DNA of 64,000 nt. It comes from Spartobacteria bacterium. GTDB taxonomy: Bacteria; Verrucomicrobiota; Verrucomicrobiia; Chthoniobacterales; UBA6821. The notes beneath the pieces are model-generated. The model saw nothing but the letters and a program-made list of their open reading frames with translations, was not told the origin of the DNA and did not search any database. Within the stretch, counting starts at the first letter, position 1. Each line of letters opens with the position of its first letter. The translations under genes and the position numbers were made by a program. The stretch is taken from assembly GCA_947487385.1 (NCBI GenBank), contig CANKWU010000005.1, forward strand, positions 12,431 to 76,430, given 5' to 3'. Of the stretch, positions 60,176-64,000 are shown one piece after another.

Positions 60176-62974
60176 TCAGTCAGCCAAAGCCGCCTGTGCA
60201 GCGGCGAGACGTGCAACTGGGACCCGATAGGGGGAGCAGCTGACGTAGTTGATGCCCAAGCGGTGACAGAAGGTTATAGAGGCGGGATCTCCACCATGTT
60301 CACCGCAGATCCCGATCTTGAGATCGGGATTAGTCTCGCGTCCCGCACTCACAGCCATCTTCATCAGAAGACCGACCCCATCCTGATCTAGAGTGGCAAA
60401 AGGATTGCGGGCAAAGATTTCATTTTCTGTATAAGCAGTCGCAAAGGATCCCATGTCATCCCTGCTGATACCCAAGGTGGTCTGGGTGAGATCATTCGTT
60501 CCAAAGCTGAAGAATTGGGCCGTTTCGGCGATGCTACCCGCCATGAGCGCGGCTCGCGGCACCTCGATCATCGTTCCAACAGTGTAAGCGATGGATCTCT
60601 TTTTCTTACCCAGGACTTCCGAGGCAACCGAATGAATAATTTCAGCCTGGAGATTGAATTCACGTCGGTCGCCAACCAGCGGCACCATGATCTCAGGTCG
60701 CACCTTCAAACCAGTTTGAGCCACTTCCAAAGCCGACTCAAACACAGCATACGCCTGCATTTCGGTAATTTCCGGATATGTAATCCCAAGGCGGCAACCC
60801 CGGTGACCCAGCATGGGATTAAACTCGTGCAACTCCCGCACGCGCCGGGCGATCGCGGAGACGCTTACTCCAATTCTACGCGAAAGTTCCTCCTGCCCGC
60901 TGAGATCATTGGGTAGAAATTCGTGCAGAGGTGGATCAAGAAGTCTGATCGTGGCAGGCAGTCCCTTCAGCTCACGGAAGATTCCAGCGAAGTCCTTGCG
61001 CTGGTAGGGAAGCAGCTTGGCAAGTGCCCTGCGACGATCCAACTCGTTGTCTGCAAGGATCATCTCACGCATGGCATTAATACGATCACCCTCGAAAAAC
61101 ATATGCTCCGTCCTGCAAAGGCCAACTCCCCTTGCGCCAAAAGCAAGAGCACGTCTAGTCTGTTCTGGGGTATCCGCATTTGTCCTGACCTCGAGTTTGG
61201 TAAATTCCGAGCACCAGTCCATCAGGCGCTTGAAGTCACGAAATTTCCGGGTCTTCCGGGCGTCGGCATCGCCATGAATCAGTCCTGCGACGATCTCCGA
61301 CGACATGGTTGGTAATTTGCCGGCATAGACCGTTCCGGCGGTGCCATCGATGGATAGAAAATCCCCCTCATGCATGGACTTTTCGCCAATACGAATCATC
61401 TTGTTCCGATAATCGACATGAAGGGTTGAAACACCGCAAACACAGACCTTACCCATCTGGCGGGCCACCAAAGCAGCGTGCGAGGAGACTCCTCCTCGGG
61501 CCGTCAGGATTCCCTGAGCGGCAATCATCCCTCGGAGATCCTCGGGGGAAGTCTCCATGCGGACCAGCATAACAGGTTCACCTTTGGCCGCGGCCTCGAC
61601 CGCACGCTCGGCGTTGAGATAAATTCTTCCGGAGGCAGCACCTGGTCCCGCAGGCAGGCCAGCCGCCAGAATCTGGGCTTTTGCTACCGTTACGGCATCG
61701 AAGACTGGCGCTAACAGCTGATCGATCTGATCGGCTGGATTGCGCAAGATAGCTGTCTTGCGGTCGATCAGTCCCTCACGCACCATGTCCATGGAAAATC
61801 TGAGGGCAGCAAGGGCGGTACGCTTCCCATTCCTCGTCTGGAGCATGAAGAGTTTGCCCTCCTGAATCGTAAACTCAAAATCCTGCACATCGTGAAAATG
61901 TCCCTCGAGGAGATCTCGGATTCTTTGTAATTCCTTATGGGCGGCGGGGAGATGATCCCTTAGACGCCCAACTGGCTCGGGAGTGCTAACACCGGCCACC
62001 ACGTCCTCACCTTGGGCATTGATCAGGAACTCTCCATAGAGTTCCTTGTCACCCGAGGCGGGATTCCTAGTGAAAGCGACACCGGAGCCAGAATTTTCAC
62101 CAGTATTGCCGAAAACCATGGCTTGGACGCTAACTGCCGTCCCCCATTCGTGAGGAATGTGGTATTTGCGCCGGTACACCACTGCCCGATCATTCATCCA
62201 TGATCCGAACACTGCTCCGATCGCGCCTCGGAGCTGAACCCCCGGATCCTCCGGAAACTCCTTTCCTGAGCGCCGCTTGACCAACTGCTTGAATCGGCTG
62301 ACCAGTTCGCTACTGTCGGCGGCGGCTAACTTATTATCCGGAATATCATTCCCGTAGCGTTCCCCCTTCAGTTCATGAATTATCTGCTCGAAGGGTTCAT
62401 GGTCATCCCCGGGGAGTTTCTGCACCCCCATAATAACTTCCCCGTACATCTGGATAAAGCGCCGGTAACAGTCCCAGGCAAAGCATTCATTCCCGGTGGA
62501 TCGGGCAAGAGCGGCAACAGTCCGATCATTGAGCCCCAGATTGAGAATCGTGTCCATCATGCCGGGCATCGAGTCACGGGCGCCCGAGCGGACCGAGACG
62601 AGCAGGGGAAAAGATGCGTCATCACCAAACCGAAGCCCCATGATTTTTTCAATCTTTCGGATGCCCGCATCGACCTGACGGTCAAGATCCTCAGGATAGC
62701 TGCGGTTATTGGCGTAATAATGAGTGCAGACTTCGGTCGTGATCGTGAATCCCGGAGGTACGGGAAGACCGATCCGTGTCATCTCGGCCAGATTGGCTCC
62801 TTTGCCGCCAAGGAGCGCCTTCATGCCACCATCCCCGTCCGCCTCGCCCTGTCCGAAAAGATAAACCAGTCGGTTTTTTGTGACGGTCGGTTTTGTGCGG
62901 ATAGACTTCCCTTTTCGTGAGAGTCCATGAGCATTGCGAGAAACCTTATTTTTTTGGGAGGCAGGCTTTTTCAT
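60176..62974 (-). CDS. ppdK: Pyruvate, phosphate dikinase
   Basis: 932 aa; 'GGKGANLAEM', phospho-His 'GGVSSHAALVARQMG', 'FFSFGTNDLTQ', 'GICGEHGGDP'; ~35-aa Lys-rich N-terminal extension. Confidence 0.93.
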   Translation of the reverse strand: MKKPASQKNKVSRNAHGLSRKGKSIRTKPTVTKNRLVYLFGQGEADGDGGMKALLGGKGANLAEMTRIGLPVPPGFTITTEVCTHYYANNRSYPEDLDRQVDAGIRKIEKIMGLRFGDDASFPLLVSVRSGARDSMPGMMDTILNLGLNDRTVAALARSTGNECFAWDCYRRFIQMYGEVIMGVQKLPGDDHEPFEQIIHELKGERYGNDIPDNKLAAADSSELVSRFKQLVKRRSGKEFPEDPGVQLRGAIGAVFGSWMNDRAVVYRRKYHIPHEWGTAVSVQAMVFGNTGENSGSGVAFTRNPASGDKELYGEFLINAQGEDVVAGVSTPEPVGRLRDHLPAAHKELQRIRDLLEGHFHDVQDFEFTIQEGKLFMLQTRNGKRTALAALRFSMDMVREGLIDRKTAILRNPADQIDQLLAPVFDAVTVAKAQILAAGLPAGPGAASGRIYLNAERAVEAAAKGEPVMLVRMETSPEDLRGMIAAQGILTARGGVSSHAALVARQMGKVCVCGVSTLHVDYRNKMIRIGEKSMHEGDFLSIDGTAGTVYAGKLPTMSSEIVAGLIHGDADARKTRKFRDFKRLMDWCSEFTKLEVRTNADTPEQTRRALAFGARGVGLCRTEHMFFEGDRINAMREMILADNELDRRRALAKLLPYQRKDFAGIFRELKGLPATIRLLDPPLHEFLPNDLSGQEELSRRIGVSVSAIARRVRELHEFNPMLGHRGCRLGITYPEITEMQAYAVFESALEVAQTGLKVRPEIMVPLVGDRREFNLQAEIIHSVASEVLGKKKRSIAYTVGTMIEVPRAALMAGSIAETAQFFSFGTNDLTQTTLGISRDDMGSFATAYTENEIFARNPFATLDQDGVGLLMKMAVSAGRETNPDLKIGICGEHGGDPASITFCHRLGINYVSCSPYRVPVARLAAAQAALAD

Positions 62975-63155
62975 CAGGATTTCCTTCAGATAATTCCGAA
63001 AGACTTCCCCGTGAAATCAAAAAAATAACCAAAAGGTAAATGCCCTATTGTCCAATATCAATAACCTCCAAGATGCAGTTGCCATTCATGCACCGACATC
63101 TGGTCATTGATTTCTTCTGGACGATGCACTGGTTTTGCCTAGAAGTAATCAAACC

Positions 63156-64000
63156 ATGATCAACGAAATCAAAAACTACCTCGGCGCAGACGCCGACTCC
63201 CTCCTAAACCACGAGTGCAAGACGGTCTCCAAGAACCTCCTTCATCTTCCAGGCCCTGACTTCGTAGACCGCATCCACATCGGCAGCGATCGTAACCCCC
63301 GCGTCCTTGCCAACCTCCAGCGGATGTATGGCACGGGCCGACTGGCCAACACTGGCTACCTCTCCATCCTCCCTGTCGATCAGGGAATCGAGCACTCCGC
63401 AGGAGCCAGCTTTGCCAAGAACCCGATCTACTTTGATCCAGAGAATATCGTGAAGCTTGCCATCGAGGGTGGCTGCAATGCCGTGGCCTCGACCTTCGGC
63501 GTCCTTGGATCCGTGGCCCGTAAGTATGCTCATCACATTCCCTTCCTGGTGAAGATCAACCATAACGAGCTTCTCACCTATCCCAACGTCGCTCGAGAGA
63601 TCATGTTCGGCACGATCGATGAGGCCTACGACATGGGGGCGGCAGCCGTCGGCGCCACCATTTACTTCGGCGGTGACGATGCCAGCCACGAGATTATCCA
63701 GGTGGCAGAGGCCTTCCATCACGCTCATGAGCTCGGCATGGCGACCGTCCTCTGGTGCTACCTTCGCAACGACGCCTTTAAGAAGGATAAGGATTACCAC
63801 CTATCCGCCGATCTTACCGGTCAAGCCAACCATCTCGGCGTGACAATTGAGGCCGACATCATCAAGCAGAAGCTCCCGGAGAATAACGGCGGCTACAAGG
63901 CCCTCAATACCGGCGGTTCCAGCTATGGAAAGCTCGATGAGCGTATCTACACCGAGCTGTCCACCGATCATCCGATCGACCTCTGCCGCTACCAGGTTAT
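63156..64000 (+). CDS. fbaB: Class I fructose-bisphosphate aldolase, FbaB/DhnA type (3' end outside the window)
   Basis: Hand translation '[40 protein letters not shown]...[47 protein letters not shown]...FLVKINHNE' closely parallels E. coli FbaB. The frame is open to the window end, so it is not in the ORF track. Confidence 0.88.
   Translation, partial: MINEIKNYLGADADSLLNHECKTVSKNLLHLPGPDFVDRIHIGSDRNPRVLANLQRMYGTGRLANTGYLSILPVDQGIEHSAGASFAKNPIYFDPENIVKLAIEGGCNAVASTFGVLGSVARKYAHHIPFLVKINHNELLTYPNVAREIMFGTIDEAYDMGAAAVGATIYFGGDDASHEIIQVAEAFHHAHELGMATVLWCYLRNDAFKKDKDYHLSADLTGQANHLGVTIEADIIKQKLPENNGGYKALNTGGSSYGKLDERIYTELSTDHPIDLCRYQV

Overview
This 64-kb chromosomal window consists mostly of conserved housekeeping genes on both strands. 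They include rho (3' part), miaB-rex-ogg-tonB-exbB, fumC-mdh, hup, dcd, nuoE-nuoF, lepB, argG, cysK, gyrB and argC-argJ-argB. Further along are rpmH-rnpA-yidD-yidC-jag, ccsB-ccsA, gnd, pgsA/pssA/psd, a NifU-SufT operon with NifS nearby, ilvN-ilvC, ppdK and fbaB (5' part). There are four tRNAs: Lys-UUU, Leu-UAG, Pro-GGG and Ala-GGC. The gene content (a ~50-aa small basic protein, PPDK next to a class I FbaB-type aldolase, many Lys-rich protein tails) suggests a PVC-group or Verrucomicrobia-like bacterium; this is inference only. The one clearly accessory segment is ~30.3-36.5 kb. It holds a vapBC toxin-antitoxin pair flanked by a ~48-bp repeat. Next comes a ~4-kb AT-rich islet inserted at the 3' end of tRNA-Pro and bounded by an exact 18-bp direct repeat. 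The islet carries a type II N6-adenine methyltransferase, a restriction endonuclease and an unknown membrane protein, but no integrase. A frameshifted, truncated ISL3 transposase remnant follows. I found no CRISPR array, prophage, secretion locus or convincing new multi-gene system, and the window is largely ordinary. The most unusual items are listed here:
- An RluB-like gene whose S4 domain lies upstream of any canonical in-frame start.
- An EamA gene with an in-frame TAG.
- Overlapping rpmH and rnpA genes.
- A heptamer microsatellite at the yidD 3' end.
- A GH-like + GT2 + membrane fusion protein.
- A stand-alone nuoEF pair.
- Several recurring intergenic motifs and inverted repeats.
All calls come from reading translations and sequence by eye; no database search was possible.
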